From positions 1,118,001-1,182,000 of the forward strand of contig NW_024704742.1 in NCBI RefSeq assembly GCF_018977255.1: a stretch of DNA of 64,000 nt, given 5' to 3'. The translations under genes were made by a program, and so were the position numbers. The stretch comes from Callorhinchus milii. Taxonomy: Eukaryota. Below are positions 39,801 through 51,129 of this stretch, piece by piece. The notes under the pieces are model-generated. The model was given only the letters and a program-made list of their open reading frames with translations. It was not told the origin of the DNA and made no database searches. Position 1 is the first letter of the stretch. Every line of letters begins with the position of its first letter.

Positions 39801-42800
39801 GTCTCAATATGTTTGACAATAATGACTCTTAAGTGTAGTGACTAATTATAGGCAATCACGGCAGCCGGTTTGCATTAAGCAATGTCCTGCAAGCAGCAAT
39901 GAAGTGAATGATCCATTTATCTGGAGAATTCTCAGGGAAACACCTTGAGAAATTTGCTGAGTGTCCTGTTCAACAATCCCCCGGTAAAATTGATCCTTCA
40001 CTTCATGGTAGCTTGTGGGATTTTGCCATGCACAAGTTGACCGCTGCTTTCTCCAACTGAGCCAGACTGACAGCTAAGATGTACCAATAAGATAAAGATC
40101 TAAACAAATGAATGTCTTAAAAACTAAATTCAGTACAAACCTTTGTCAGAACGGCAGTGTGCTCCTCTCCACAGGAGATGTGGATTGTCTTTTTACCTTC
40201 TAATGGCTTTACGTATGTAGGCTTGTGTCTGTCTGTGAGAAGAAACAATTAACAGGTTAATTCAGTATTCCATCATTTCCAATAGCAAGACTGCTTTCAA
40301 AATTCAATACAGAGAATATAGCTTAAAGAAGGTATCCAGTCAGTTCATGTACAAAGATGCCAGGGCAAAGCTTTTAGAATATTTCAGATAATGAGACGAA
40401 CGGCCCTCATATACTGTATAACGTCAATAATCTTAATAATGATCCTTGCATTTGATACAGCGCCTTATCACATCATTGAGACGTCTCAAAGCGCTTCACA
40501 GAATATACCGTGAAGTGGTTTGACTGTGTGTATTGATGACACCTGGATGCATGAAACCGACTTTCAAAAAAGACCACTTAAGATTTGGGGACTGAGTGGG
40601 TTCAGGACGCTGACCTTTGTCAACCTGAGGTTTTGAAGCTCAAAAACATCAGCAACGAGCGATCGCCCCACTTCCTGGATTGTGTTTGAAAAAATGGCAA
40701 TAGAAAGAAAAAGTCACAATTATTTTTGGGATGTTCTTACCCTCTGTGTCACCGAGCCCCAGCTGTCCACGGTCATTCCTTCCCCAGCCAAACACAGCCC
40801 CCGAGACAGAGAGCGCAAAGCTGTGTGCTCCTCCTGCCGCGATTTGAGCTATTGGGATCCCAGCCATAGACTTCAAACACTGGGGGCTGGTGTGAGAGGC
40901 ATCTTTTGTACCAAGACCCAACTGGCCATGAGCGTTCTGCCCCCAAGCGATAAGTTGACCGTCTGGTAACAGATAAAAACGAGACACGTTTCTCTTTTCT
41001 AAGCAGTGCGCGTTCTACATTTCACATCATTTCCTCTAATTCTTTGGAAACAACAAAACAAAGTTTCTGTAACTTTTCCAAATAATTCTAGAACTGCGGC
41101 AATCTTGTTTTTTACACACACCCTCTTGTCCAGAGTGGAATGTCTAGGCCGCAAGTGTAATAATAATAATCCTTGCGTTTGATATAATAATAATAATAAT
41201 CCTTGCATTTGATACAGCGCCTTATCTCATCTTCGAGACGTCTCAAAGCGCATCACAGAATATACCGTAAAGTGAATTGATTGTATATTTTGTGGGCGAA
41301 TCAGTGACTGTACGTGGTTTGTGGGTGAAAAGCGGGAGTCAATTTGCGCACGGCAATGACCCACAAACAGCCATGAAGTGAATGACCAATTTTGTTTGGG
41401 GGTTTCTTGGTCAGGACACCGGGAGAAACTTCCTAACTTGGCTTCTTTTATACCTAATTAATTGCAGCTGCTATGAACTTACATCATTTAATATGACATG
41501 ACAATAATAATCATCAATTAGCATGTGGAGAGGTCCACTCCCGGACTGGTTTGTATTTAATTCTTCATTTTAATTTAACATCTAATTAAGTTTCTGAAAG
41601 CAGATTTTAGATTTGCTTGTTTACCTTTGCACAAAGCCAGTGAATGATCCTTTCCGCAGGCCACTTGAATAACACGTGTTTGACACAAAGTCTTCAGTAA
41701 CCTACACATGAATAAAAAAAAGTAAGGTTTTTAAGCATAAAATCTGAAGAAGTTTGGAATAAAAAAATCCAGAGCTGTCCTGAACTCATAGAATGGTGTG
41801 AATCTCTCTCTACCCTCTTTCAAGTCCCGCCTGAAAACTTTCCTGTTCGACCGTGCTCACGGCCACCTCCCCAATCCCCACCGGCTCTGAGTGCTCTGAG
41901 ACGCTGCCCTGCATGGAGGGCGCTATATAACTGCAAGTTGTTGTTGTTGTTGTTGAATCAGACTTGATGGACTGAATGGCCTCTCCTGTGTTCTTAGAAA
42001 TTCTCATGTATTGATATCTGTTTATTGTACTCTTTCAGTTCCAATTCATGATCTGCGGCGATGCGCAAACCCCCAGAGACTCCTTTCCTTTCTGCCAATA
42101 TTATGGAGTAGAAGATTGGGGGTTCAAGCCTCATTTTAGGATGAGATTGACACTCCATTGCAGTGCTGGGCGTAGCTGTATTGTCGGGAGAAGTGACCTC
42201 CTAATGAAATGTTAACCAAGGTCCAGTCTTCCTGTTCTGGTAGACACTAAACATCAAGTGGTACTTTTCAAAAGGACAAGTTTTTTTCCCGATCTCCTGG
42301 CCAACGAACCTCCAGATAAATTGATGGTGGCTGTTTGTGGGGATATTGCATGTATGCAAATTGGCTGCTGCATTTGTCTACAATTAGTGACTACACTTTC
42401 CAGTAAATCCTGCAAAGCAGTTTGAGATGTTTTAATATCATAATAATAATAATAATAACAATAATGCATTAATATAGTACCTTAGCACGTCGTCGAGACA
42501 TCTTGAAGTGCATATACTGCAAAATCGTGTGACTGGGTATATTTTATCCTAGAACACAGCAGCCAATTTGCACACAGCAAGTCATTTTATCATGTAATAT
42601 TCCAAGGGATTATTAAAACTCTTACTCTGGCTTTGTCAGGCGCAATTCTTTTGAAGTCACTCCTCGATTCTCTTTAAGTGTCCAAGAAAAGATATTTCCT
42701 CCTTCAGTGATAAACACGACACGGGATGCTTCGCTGTCCACAAAGTGAATCCTCTCCTTCTTGAATTCATTAATGTACCCTACACGTAAAGAAAATAATT

Positions 42801-44767
42801 AAAGCATTGGTATACAAGAATGAATAGAGTCTAAGCAACCTACATCCGCAGAGATAACGCGCTCTTACTAAGGTTAATGTACTTGGCATTGTTTTATAGA
42901 ATGCTGTTACCAAGTTGGGAAAGGTAAACAAGTAGACTCGATTTCTGGAATAATTACAGGGATCAATTCACTCTCAGCTGAATTTTTCATTCTCCTTCCC
43001 CTCTCTCCAACCCTCCCTGATACAGTAAATCTGGCCAGACCTGACTTCAGCAGATTTTAATATCAGAATTCACAAATGGCCTAGTGGGCAAAGGAACCAT
43101 TCAATCCAGCAGTGGACTGGGAAGGCACAGAACCAGAGTCTGTGCTGAGTTGGCTGATCTCCGGTGAGACAGACTTTGAGGAGCTGCAATTGCCCTCAAC
43201 AGCCAAAGGGTTACGCAGGAGCCACTAACGCACACTATCGGTTACACATGAGTTAACAATATACGGTAACACAGAAATTCACAATGTACACTAACAGTAA
43301 CACAGGAGTTAACAATACACTAACAGTAACACAGCGGTTAACAATACACTAACAGCAACACTGGCGTTAACAATGTACACTAACATCGGGGCTAACCATG
43401 CAAATTTGTTTTTGAACCAAGCCTTGATCATTCTGCTTGCTATCTGCTATTTTGTATGTATTGAGGGCTGGACTCAGTAATTGAGCGAGCTGTGCTGTTC
43501 AGTATCTATCGCTGTGAAACCAAACAACAGTTGTAAGAGCGCCTTTCATGTCGAGAGGACGTCCCAAGGTGCTGGGCAATCAATGTTTTGGACCCGAGCT
43601 AGGGGTCGGGATCGGGGAGGGTGGAGGGCAGGGGGGGAAGGAGGGTGACCGAAGCGGGTCTTGAAGGAGGCTAGGGAGGGAGCGAGGCAGAGGGACTGCG
43701 GGATGGAGTTCCAGAGGATGGGGGCAGAGTGGCTGAAGGCCTGCCCGTCAGTGGTGGGACGGGCGAGGCGGGGGATGTGAAGCAGACCGGAGCCGGCTGA
43801 GCGGAGGAGCGGGCGGGTTGGTAAGGGATTAGGAGGTCAGAGAGGTAGGGGGGAGCAAGGCCATGGACGGCTTTGAAGGTGAGGACCAGGATCTTGAACT
43901 GTATCCTCTGTGTGATGGGAAGCCGGTGGAGTCGGGCGAGGGTGGGGGTGATAGGGTCGCGGGGTCTGGTGCGGGAGAAAGCAATGTAAAAAAAAGAGAG
44001 GAAGTAGTGAAATCAAAGTGAACTTTATCCCTATTTAAACGGGTAGTACAGTATTGTCGGAGCAAGAGCCCAATGTCAAGTACAGGATTAGTCAAATTAA
44101 AAATATCCAGAGTTCAAATCCATGTAATATGTTTCTTTTAATTCACTTTTCTGTCTACACAATGTAGCGGGAAATATCAAGAGATTTCCCAGACAACTAT
44201 AATTTAGACATTTAACTTATTGACTGTCCAGAAATAAGTTATTAAACATACCTGTACGATTTGGTTATTTTTTTATTCATATACTATTGATAAATATACT
44301 AAGAGAAAGCTACCAACAAATTCCTGAGGGAAATCAGCCTTTTCTATTCACGTCCCAAAACTATTCGTAATAAATATTTGTAAAAGAGATGTGCAGATGC
44401 CTCTGCAAGACTTAGATATTTTATTCACTGTCTGTAGATCAATAAATCAATCAATCAATAAATCAATAAATAAATCAAAGAACAAAATGTTTGACCACCA
44501 AGACATGAAGTCGAAGTTTCTTACCGTCCCCTGACTTGCAGGTCTGGATGTCATTTACTTACCAAGTTTCCTCTGCTTCTGGCCGCTCATTGTATAGAGA
44601 ACCTTCCTATCCACGAACACGAACACAGTGATTCCGTCTCCGCAGCAAATGTGCCGAACCCTCCCGTGTTTGAGAAGCCTATCGCTGTGAGTGGCTTCTG
44701 AACTCACCCCGTACTGCCCAGGGGTTAGACCCAGCTGTTTGCAGCCCACCTGCCCCCAGCACAACAT
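24621..44767 (-). CDS. Gene B: complete small HERC-family E3 ligase (RLD + HECT), paralog of gene A, about 997 aa
   Basis: 23 GT-AG exons join in frame (2994 nt including TAA). Catalytic Cys in YPRAYTC (codon 24726-24728). Same exon phases as gene A. Confidence 0.94.
25574..25673 (-). CDS. Gene B exon 22
   Basis: [27 protein letters not shown]. Confidence 0.93.
26601..26784 (-). CDS. Gene B exon 21
   Basis: [16 protein letters not shown]. Confidence 0.93.
27158..27243 (-). CDS. Gene B exon 20
   Basis: [17 protein letters not shown]. Confidence 0.9.
27370..27625 (-). mobile_element. L2-type LINE fragment
   Basis: [20 protein letters not shown]. Confidence 0.85.
27865..27931 (-). CDS. Gene B exon 19
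   Basis: [22 protein letters not shown]. Confidence 0.92.
28978..29144 (-). CDS. Gene B exon 18
   Basis: [12 protein letters not shown]...[10 protein letters not shown]. Confidence 0.93.
29492..29629 (-). CDS. Gene B exon 17
   Basis: [18 protein letters not shown]...LLWFPNQ. Confidence 0.92.
30928..31047 (-). CDS. Gene B exon 16
   Basis: [19 protein letters not shown]. Confidence 0.86.
31538..31627 (-). CDS. Gene B exon 15
   Basis: [22 protein letters not shown]. Confidence 0.88.
31817..31879 (-). CDS. Gene B candidate extra in-frame exon (14b)
   Basis: ttttcttcacag / [21 protein letters not shown] / gtaatg; 63 nt, phase 0-0; no homology support. Confidence 0.45.
32662..32742 (-). CDS. 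Gene B exon 14
   Basis: [27 protein letters not shown]. Confidence 0.82.
33736..33884 (-). CDS. Gene B exon 13
   Basis: [19 protein letters not shown]...LTILQALYK. Confidence 0.88.
34476..34671 (-). CDS. Gene B exon 12
   Basis: [24 protein letters not shown]. Confidence 0.92.
35443..35548 (-). CDS. Gene B exon 11
   Basis: [26 protein letters not shown]. Confidence 0.9.
35640..36070 (-). mobile_element. Deu-domain SINE
   Basis: Head, Deu core and tail all present. Confidence 0.75.
36614..36673 (-). CDS. Gene B exon 10
   Basis: [19 protein letters not shown]. Confidence 0.9.
37427..37542 (-). CDS. Gene B exon 9
   Basis: [24 protein letters not shown]. Confidence 0.85.
38208..38284 (-). 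CDS. Gene B exon 8
   Basis: [25 protein letters not shown]. Confidence 0.88.
38567..38721 (-). CDS. Gene B exon 7
   Basis: [19 protein letters not shown]. Confidence 0.92.
39417..39547 (-). CDS. Gene B exon 6
   Basis: [18 protein letters not shown]. Confidence 0.92.
40141..40232 (-). CDS. Gene B exon 5
   Basis: [31 protein letters not shown]. Confidence 0.92.
40741..40962 (-). CDS. Gene B exon 4
   Basis: [16 protein letters not shown]...[11 protein letters not shown]. Confidence 0.93.
41625..41701 (-). CDS. Gene B exon 3
   Basis: [25 protein letters not shown]. Confidence 0.9.
42626..42779 (-). CDS. Gene B exon 2
   Basis: [32 protein letters not shown]. Confidence 0.85.
43230..43400. 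repeat. About 30-bp minisatellite
   Basis: 4-5 imperfect units of tacactaacagtaacacaggagttaacaa. Confidence 0.7.
43525..43980 (-). mobile_element. L2-type LINE 3' fragment
   Basis: Same ORF2 end and tail. Confidence 0.85.
44563..44767 (-). CDS. Gene B exon 1
   Basis: [13 protein letters not shown]... Confidence 0.9.
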
Positions 44768-45005
44768 GCTGCCCTCTCCCTCTGTCTGCCTGGGTCCCTC
44801 TCCCTCCCTCTCTCTGTGTCTCTCCCTGTGTCTCTGTCCCTTTCTCTGTGTGTATCTCTGTGTCTCTCACTTTCTCTGTGTCTGTGTCTCAGCTGATCTC
44901 TGTCTCCTGCTCTGTGCTGCTCCACTACTGAAGACTCTGATTGAAGCAGCCCAGACACATCAGTGCTCTGCTGAGCTGCCAACTCTCCTCCTCCTTCAAA
45001 ACCAA

Positions 45006-45210
45006 GTGACGTGTAGACCAGGGACTCCTCCCAACCTGTCCCCTTTTTACCAGGTTCTGTGTGCGCGTGCGAGCGGTAGGATTGGCTGAAGTACAGGAGG
45101 ACAAAACAGAAACTCAGGCAGATATCAAAATAAAAAAAAAACAGATTCAAAGCTACTGCAGTATGAGATCAGGAAACTGAAACCACAACCTCAGTCATTC
45201 GCATGAGTCA
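45006..45210 (-). promoter_or_regulatory. Gene B promoter: ISRE, AP-1, CCAAT
   Basis: AGGAAACTGAAACC 45171-45184 in a block homologous to gene A 22296-22338; TGAGTCA 45204-45210; ATTGG near 45081. Confidence 0.72.
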
Positions 45211-45576
45211 GACTTGTCAGCAAGCCAGCTGACCACGCTCCTGCTCTGCTCCAGCCTTACTTCACCTCCCACTCAGCTCCTGTTAACCCTGGAAGCCAAA
45301 GCCCTAACTGGGGAGGGTGGTCCTGACTGGACAAGCAGCGGGAAAGCTTGGCCAGACAGCGATACCAATGGCCAAGCTATGTGTGGTTTTAACTGGTCAG
45401 ACTCCAGCAGTTACCCCCAACGCACACTCCGGGCTTCCCCCCCACTCCCCCAAGCCTTGGCTCCCGTCCAAAGCTGCGCCTAATACTTTCCGAGATTAGG
45501 TGAGCCGGATGCAACCCATACCATTCCAACGATCTATCTCTGGGATTTCCACGTGTCGGAGGGAGGCATGGAATTC

Positions 45577-45806
45577 CCAAATAAAAGCAGGAGTCGCTGG
45601 GGACACGCAGCAGGTCAAGTGGCAGGTATGGAAAGAGGAAAATGAGTTGACGTTTCAGGTCGATCACCTTTCGTCAGGTTACCGACCTGAGACGTGAACT
45701 CATTTTCCTCTCTCCATAGACCCCGCTTGACCTGCTGCGTGTTCCCAGCGGCTGCTGATCTTTATTTCGGATTGGCAGCCGTCTGCAGTGCTTTGCCTTT
45801 TGTTTA
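45577..45806. mobile_element. Penelope-type non-autonomous hairpin element
   Basis: Long inverted repeat; 9-bp TSD ATGGAATTC at 45568-45576 and 45807-45815. Confidence 0.7.
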
Positions 45807-45976
45807 ATGGAATTCTCAGCTTGGTTTGGAGACTCTTAAGCGCGGTGATGGGTTTTACTGCACGTGACCCCCAAAAATCTGGGGTCAAGTGTTGACAAGC
45901 AACTGCGCTCAAGCAACTGCTTTGACAATGAGACAGAGATTTTGCAGAGCTTGCTGCAGAGTTTCCATGTTAAACA

Positions 45977-46229
45977 GGAATTTCCCTAACTCTGACCCCG
46001 CCTTGGGGTTTGCTGATATTGAAGCCCAAGCAAGCAATAAAACACGAACGGCTAGAACGGGAGGAATATTCCCTGAAGATGTCACCCCACTGATTCGCCA
46101 CCAGGATTTAAGTAGTTTTAGATAACAGCTGAAGGTGTGTTTTTCACGGGAAACGATTCCGATTGAAAGGCTCGAAGAGAGTTTCATTTTCTCAGTTATT
46201 GATCAGGAATTACAGCAGTTTCAATTTCC
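45977..46229. promoter_or_regulatory. Candidate NF-kB/ISRE/STAT enhancer
   Basis: GGAATTTCCC 45977-45986; GGAATATTCCC 46063-46073; TTCACGGGAA 46143-46152; AGTTTCATTTTCT 46180-46192; AGTTTCAATTTCC 46217-46229. Confidence 0.6.
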
Positions 46230-46949
46230 AGTGCAGTGTAGCCAGCTGGCCAGCCTTGTTTCAATGATAATAATAATTTTTACAACTCATGTAGCTTCAA
46301 GTCAGGAGGATGCCTCAAAGCACTTTACAGCATATACCGTTAAGTGCAGCAATTTTTTTTCTGTGGTGGGTGGTGGGGTGGTGGGGGTGGGTGGGGGGTT
46401 GGGGGGGTTGCAAACGTCAATTTATGCAAAGCAATATCCCACAACCGCGGAGTGAGTGACCAATTTTATTTTATTTAACCAATTTTATTTGGCCAGGACA
46501 CAAAGAGAAACTCTCTTCTCTTTTTGAGCGGTGCCATGGGATCTTTAACATCCATCTGAAGGGGCAGACGGAATGTGGGTTTAGAGTCTCATCCGAAGTC
46601 TACCACCTCCAACACCGCATTGGAGAGTCAGCTTTACACCAGTGGTGGTTGACCTTCTTTGGTCAGCCCGCCAAATCCATTTTCCTTTGGGATTTTTTTC
46701 TTCGTTGATGGCCATTGGTATCGCGGTATTGATTGGCCTGGACTAATGCGAGTGTTCGACCGGCCAGTTCTTTGATGCCCCTGAATTAGAGTTTAGCTGG
46801 CAGGGCTGGTTGGACACTTTATTCCAATATATTATTGGGAGTTTATTATTATTAATGGGCAGCGATATGTGGTTTAAGTTCAGAAATTCCTTACACGTGG
46901 ATCAGGACTGACCCGAGATGTCAGAGGGAGGAGGGTTGCTGTTTCCGCC

Positions 46950-47240
46950 ACGATGCTGCATTGTCAGAGGTGCCATGAGTCGGATGAGACGTTAAACCAT
47001 GGTCCTGTCTACCTGTTCGTGCGCATGTTAGAGATCCCAAGGCACTATTGGAAAAGAGAAGGGAGTTTCTCTCTCCCACTGTCCTGGCCAACAATCCCTC
47101 AAATAAAATTGGTCATTCACTTCATAACCATTTGTGGGATATTGCTGTGTGCAGATTGGGTACCGTATTCACCCACAAAGCACTTTGAGACGTTCACTCA
47201 ATGTGAAAGGCGCTATACCAAATGTAAGGATTATTATTAT
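46950..47240 (+). mobile_element. Deu-domain SINE
   Basis: GGATGAGACGTTAAACC...GATCCCAAGGCACTA...GTCCTGGCCAAC. Confidence 0.75.
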
Positions 47241-47551
47241 ACGGCAAGTTCCTTTTTAATACTTGAAACCACTCCTTAGACCCTAATGTGGTTTCTTTTT
47301 ATCTATAGGACACTTTTGGAAAAATCAACTTCACTGTTTGGTAAAGGGGGAAGTTCTGACTAATACAAAACAATACCATGTGTAAGAAAAGCTGCAATGT
47401 TACACGGTTCATACTTTTCATTTATAAACACTGCAGGGCCTGTATTGTGTTTACTCTGCTCATGTCTGACGCAATCAACTACTGCAGCAAAGTACTGTAC
47501 GTTTGAAATGTTATATCAAGTAAGTCAGTTTGAAATTCAGTTCTTTGTTTT

Positions 47552-47564
47552 AGTTTCGGTTTCC
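47552..47564. promoter_or_regulatory. Distal ISRE
   Basis: AGTTTCGGTTTCC, full match to the ISRE consensus. Confidence 0.55.
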
Positions 47565-48154
47565 TTTCCTCACTCTGACAGCTCTCTGGCAGCAGTGCAC
47601 TTGGCAGTATCAATATAAACAGGAAGGACTAGACCACAGCCCTTCCTTATCAGCTTTCATGCAGGATTGCTATAGAGAGAGGAAATGATGAATTTGAGGC
47701 TGTTGACAAAGGGTTGATCAAATAGATGAGCTTTTAAGTGGGACAGATAAACAAGACCTTTGGATTAAACAAGAAATCCTTCACAATCAGGGTGTCGCTG
47801 CTTTCTGACCCAAGTGTACAGTGCCTCGGGACGTCCTCCCGACGTGAAAGGCGCTCTATAAATGGAATCTTGTTGTTGTTGTTGTTTCTGGCTATCAGGA
47901 TGACTTGAGAATACAAACAGTGACAACAGCAAATAAGACATGTATTCATTTACATTTACAAAATTTACGCCTTTCACATTAGGAGAAAATCCCAAGGAGC
48001 ACATGAGTCAGCTCCCGAGCTGTGTATGGGGGTCTGTGGGTGGGGGGGGGGGGGGGGTGGAAGATGACAAGAAGGCGAAATCGAAGAGGAAGGTTTTGAG
48101 GCGGGTGATGGAAGAGGTGAATCATAGGGACTGCAGGATGGAGTTCCAGAGAGC

Positions 48155-48710
48155 AACAACAAATTACATTTATGGAGCACCTTTCATATCGGGTGGACAT
48201 CCCAAAGCGCTGGACAGTCGGGTGTTGGGGCCCGAGCATGGGGGAGGGGTGGGGTAGGGGTGAGGGAAGGCAGAGAGGTGGGAGGGTGACCGAAGGCACG
48301 ATCAAAGAGAAGTAGGTCTTGAGACCGGCCTTGAAGGAGGCGAGGGGGGAAGCGAGGCAGGGGCAGATAGGTTGATGCCGCTGATGTTGGGGCGCGGTGT
48401 GTGAAGCAGACCAGTGCCTACTGAACAGAGAGAGAGAGAGAAGCTGGGTTTGATGGTATGAGAAGGTCACTGAGCTACAGTAGACCAGGTGTCTAACACA
48501 TGCGGAAACCCAGCCTGAAGGGATTTAAAGGTAAGGACAAGGATCTTGAACTTGATCTGCTGGGGATAGGGAAACAGTGGAACCGACTGAGGGCAGGATT
48601 GATACAAAGCTTAGTGCAGGAAAGGAAAAAAACAAGCTGTATAGTTCTAGATAGTCTGCAGCTTGTGAAGGGAAGACTTGGGTGGTCTGGCGAGCAGAGA
48701 GTGGGCATAG
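48155..48710 (-). mobile_element. L2-type LINE fragments
   Basis: FKAGLKTYF and tail; a further decayed piece. Confidence 0.7.
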
Positions 48711-48939
48711 TAAAGCCAACTGTCTTGTTGTCCCTCCACACCTTCAAACCTGTCTCTCAATCCTCTATCGCCCCCACTATAACCTGCACGAAACCGACCA
48801 CCTGCTCCCTCAACCCATCCCTGCCCCTCTCCTCACCTCCCAGCTGCACCTCCTTGCCCGTCTACTCACAGCATCATAAACCTCTCCCTATCGACTGGCA
48901 CCATTCCCACCCCATTAAAAATGGCTCCTTTAAATATTC

Positions 48940-49255
48940 TTAAAAAAAAACCCTGGACCCATTCCTGATCTCAAACTACCGCCCCATCTCCAAACTCCCT
49001 TTCCTCTCCAAGGTCCTGGAACGAGTTGTTGCTTCCCATCTACCTCTCACACCGTCTCCACTTCATCTCCACAAACGGTTTCTCCTCTAGCCCCCGCACC
49101 GTCTCATGCAGTGTTCCTCAGGGGTCTGTCCTTGGTCCCCTCCTCTTCAATACCTATATGCTCCGTCTTGGTGACATCATCCGCAGACACAGGGTCAACT
49201 TCCACATGTATGCGGATGACACCCAACTCTATCTCTCTGCCTCCACCCTTGACGT
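48940..49255 (+). mobile_element. L2-type reverse transcriptase fragment (internally deleted)
   Basis: [36 protein letters not shown]. Confidence 0.88.
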
Positions 49256-50714
49256 CATGTGGAAACTCATCACCACGATTAAGAATTTCCAAATCGGAGA
49301 ATTCCATGCAATCTCACTCACCTACACATGGAAATTCCCATGGATTGAAACCACAGATATCGACAGCACAAAAGAAACCCACTGTGTCTATGCTGGCTCT
49401 TTTTTAAAGAGCAATCCTTTATCTAGTTCCCTTTTGAAAGCTAATAGGGATTCTGGCTCAACCATCGCTTCCTGCAGGGCATGCCACGCTGTGCACGAAA
49501 ACCAATTTCCTCGGCTCCCATTTTCTTGATCGCTTGAATCCCTACCACGACTTGCCTTTACAGAGCACCTTCCATCACGGATCGCGGAGCAGTGAGGTGT
49601 GAGGGCGTTGACCAAAGGCAACGTTCAAAGCAAAGTTTTTAAGTGGGAAGAGCAAGCAAGGCTTTTGGAATTAACAAGATGCTTCATATAAAGGGTGTTG
49701 CTGGTTAATCGCTGCTTTCTGTACATGAGGAAACTCGTCTTTCTTAATAATTTCCCGGAATAGCTCTTGTTTTCCTGGGAGCACTCTCGCTTCTGAATCA
49801 GAGGATTGTAGGTTCAAGCCCCATGTTGAACTCATATAGGCTGACACTCCATTGCAGTACCGGGGGTGGGGGGGGGGGGTAGTGCTGTATTGGGGGAGCT
49901 GTCATCCTTCAGATGAGACAAACCAAGGGCCCGTTTGCCTGTTCAGGTAGAAGATAAAAATTCAACGGCACTATTTGAAAAGAGAAGGGAAGTTCTACTG
50001 GTATCCTGGTGCACACACCCACCCCCCTCAAAAACTAAATTGGGTGTCATTGCTGTGCACAAATTGCTGTGCTGCCTTCTGTATTCGCTGACAAAATACA
50101 GTCATTACACCTTAAAGTATACTCTTGTGAAGTGCTTGGCGACATCCTCCCGTTGTGATATGCAAAATGGAGGGACTGTTAAGCATTGCTATCGTCTTTC
50201 CCTGGTTCAGTGTTGAGTACATATACCTTGCTCTTCCCTCCCCTTGTCTACCACTTGCGTTTCACTGATGATAATAAGGATATTGTCTCATTTTTCACCC
50301 TATTATCACTCAAAGGTCAAATTTTCAACATTTCATCTCGAATTCAATACGGCACATAAAATCCGTAATCAAACGGTGAAATTTCAGTCGATAACTTCCA
50401 ACCGGCTTTGGGACAACCATTTGCTCTTTATTGAAAAAAAAGCTTTTCGGAGGCTTTGATCAGCTCTTTGGGACGCTTTTCTAAACTGTTATCAACTTTG
50501 AAGCTGCTCTTTGAAGAATACTTTATTTTTAGATCATTAAAATCCACAGATAGTTGGACCTGAAGTTTACAGCGCCTTGGGACGTCCTCCCGACGTGAAA
50601 GACTCTATACAAATGTAATTTTGTTGCTGTAGAATTTACAACTCAACGGTCATGGGTGTGTGTTTGTGTGTTTGCACTACAGTACATTTCAAACACTCAC
50701 ACTGCAAGAATTGT

Positions 50715-50720
50715 TTTATT
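50715..50720 (-). terminator. Candidate polyadenylation signal of gene C
   Basis: AATAAA about 200 nt after the stop, followed by a GT-rich stretch on the minus strand. Confidence 0.55.
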
Positions 50721-50917
50721 TTTCTTCAAGGAAATTTGCCAAAATTCTTAACAAAACCGAACAGATCGAACAAAAGTAGTCATTCATTACGAATATATTT
50801 CATTAAAAACCTCTCCCGTGATATTAAGTAACTCATAATTGGTTTCAGCCAAGTTGAAGTTCAGTCAAATACGTTTAGCCACAAGAAAATGCGATTCCAA
50901 TTTAATTGTTTTCTTTA

Positions 50918-51129
50918 TCATGTTAAGCCAAAACCACGGGTACATTTAATAGCTATCACCAGTTTCTCTCTGAGAGATTTGACACTGGTGTACGCGGGAA
51001 GGAAGAGGGTAAGAAAGCACGTGTTTGCCACTGGAAAGTGATTTTCAGTCATTGACCACAACGAGCTGATGGATATTTTCAAGCTGCTCATCCCGGACAC
51101 AGGAATGCGATCGGTTCCGACGAGAAACC
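50918..51129 (-). CDS. Gene C last exon (23)
   Basis: FLVGTDRIP...[16 protein letters not shown]...GFGLT*. Confidence 0.94.

Noticed and set aside
43230..43400. Possible CRISPR-like array
   Set aside because: Contiguous imperfect tandem units with no unique spacers, in eukaryotic intronic DNA.
369..44767. Gene A or B being pseudogenes
   Set aside because: No stops or frameshifts across the assembled exons, and all splice sites are GT-AG.
49026..49529. Reverse transcriptase ORF as a functional gene
   Set aside because: Short, internally deleted L2 fragment fused to unrelated repeat sequence.
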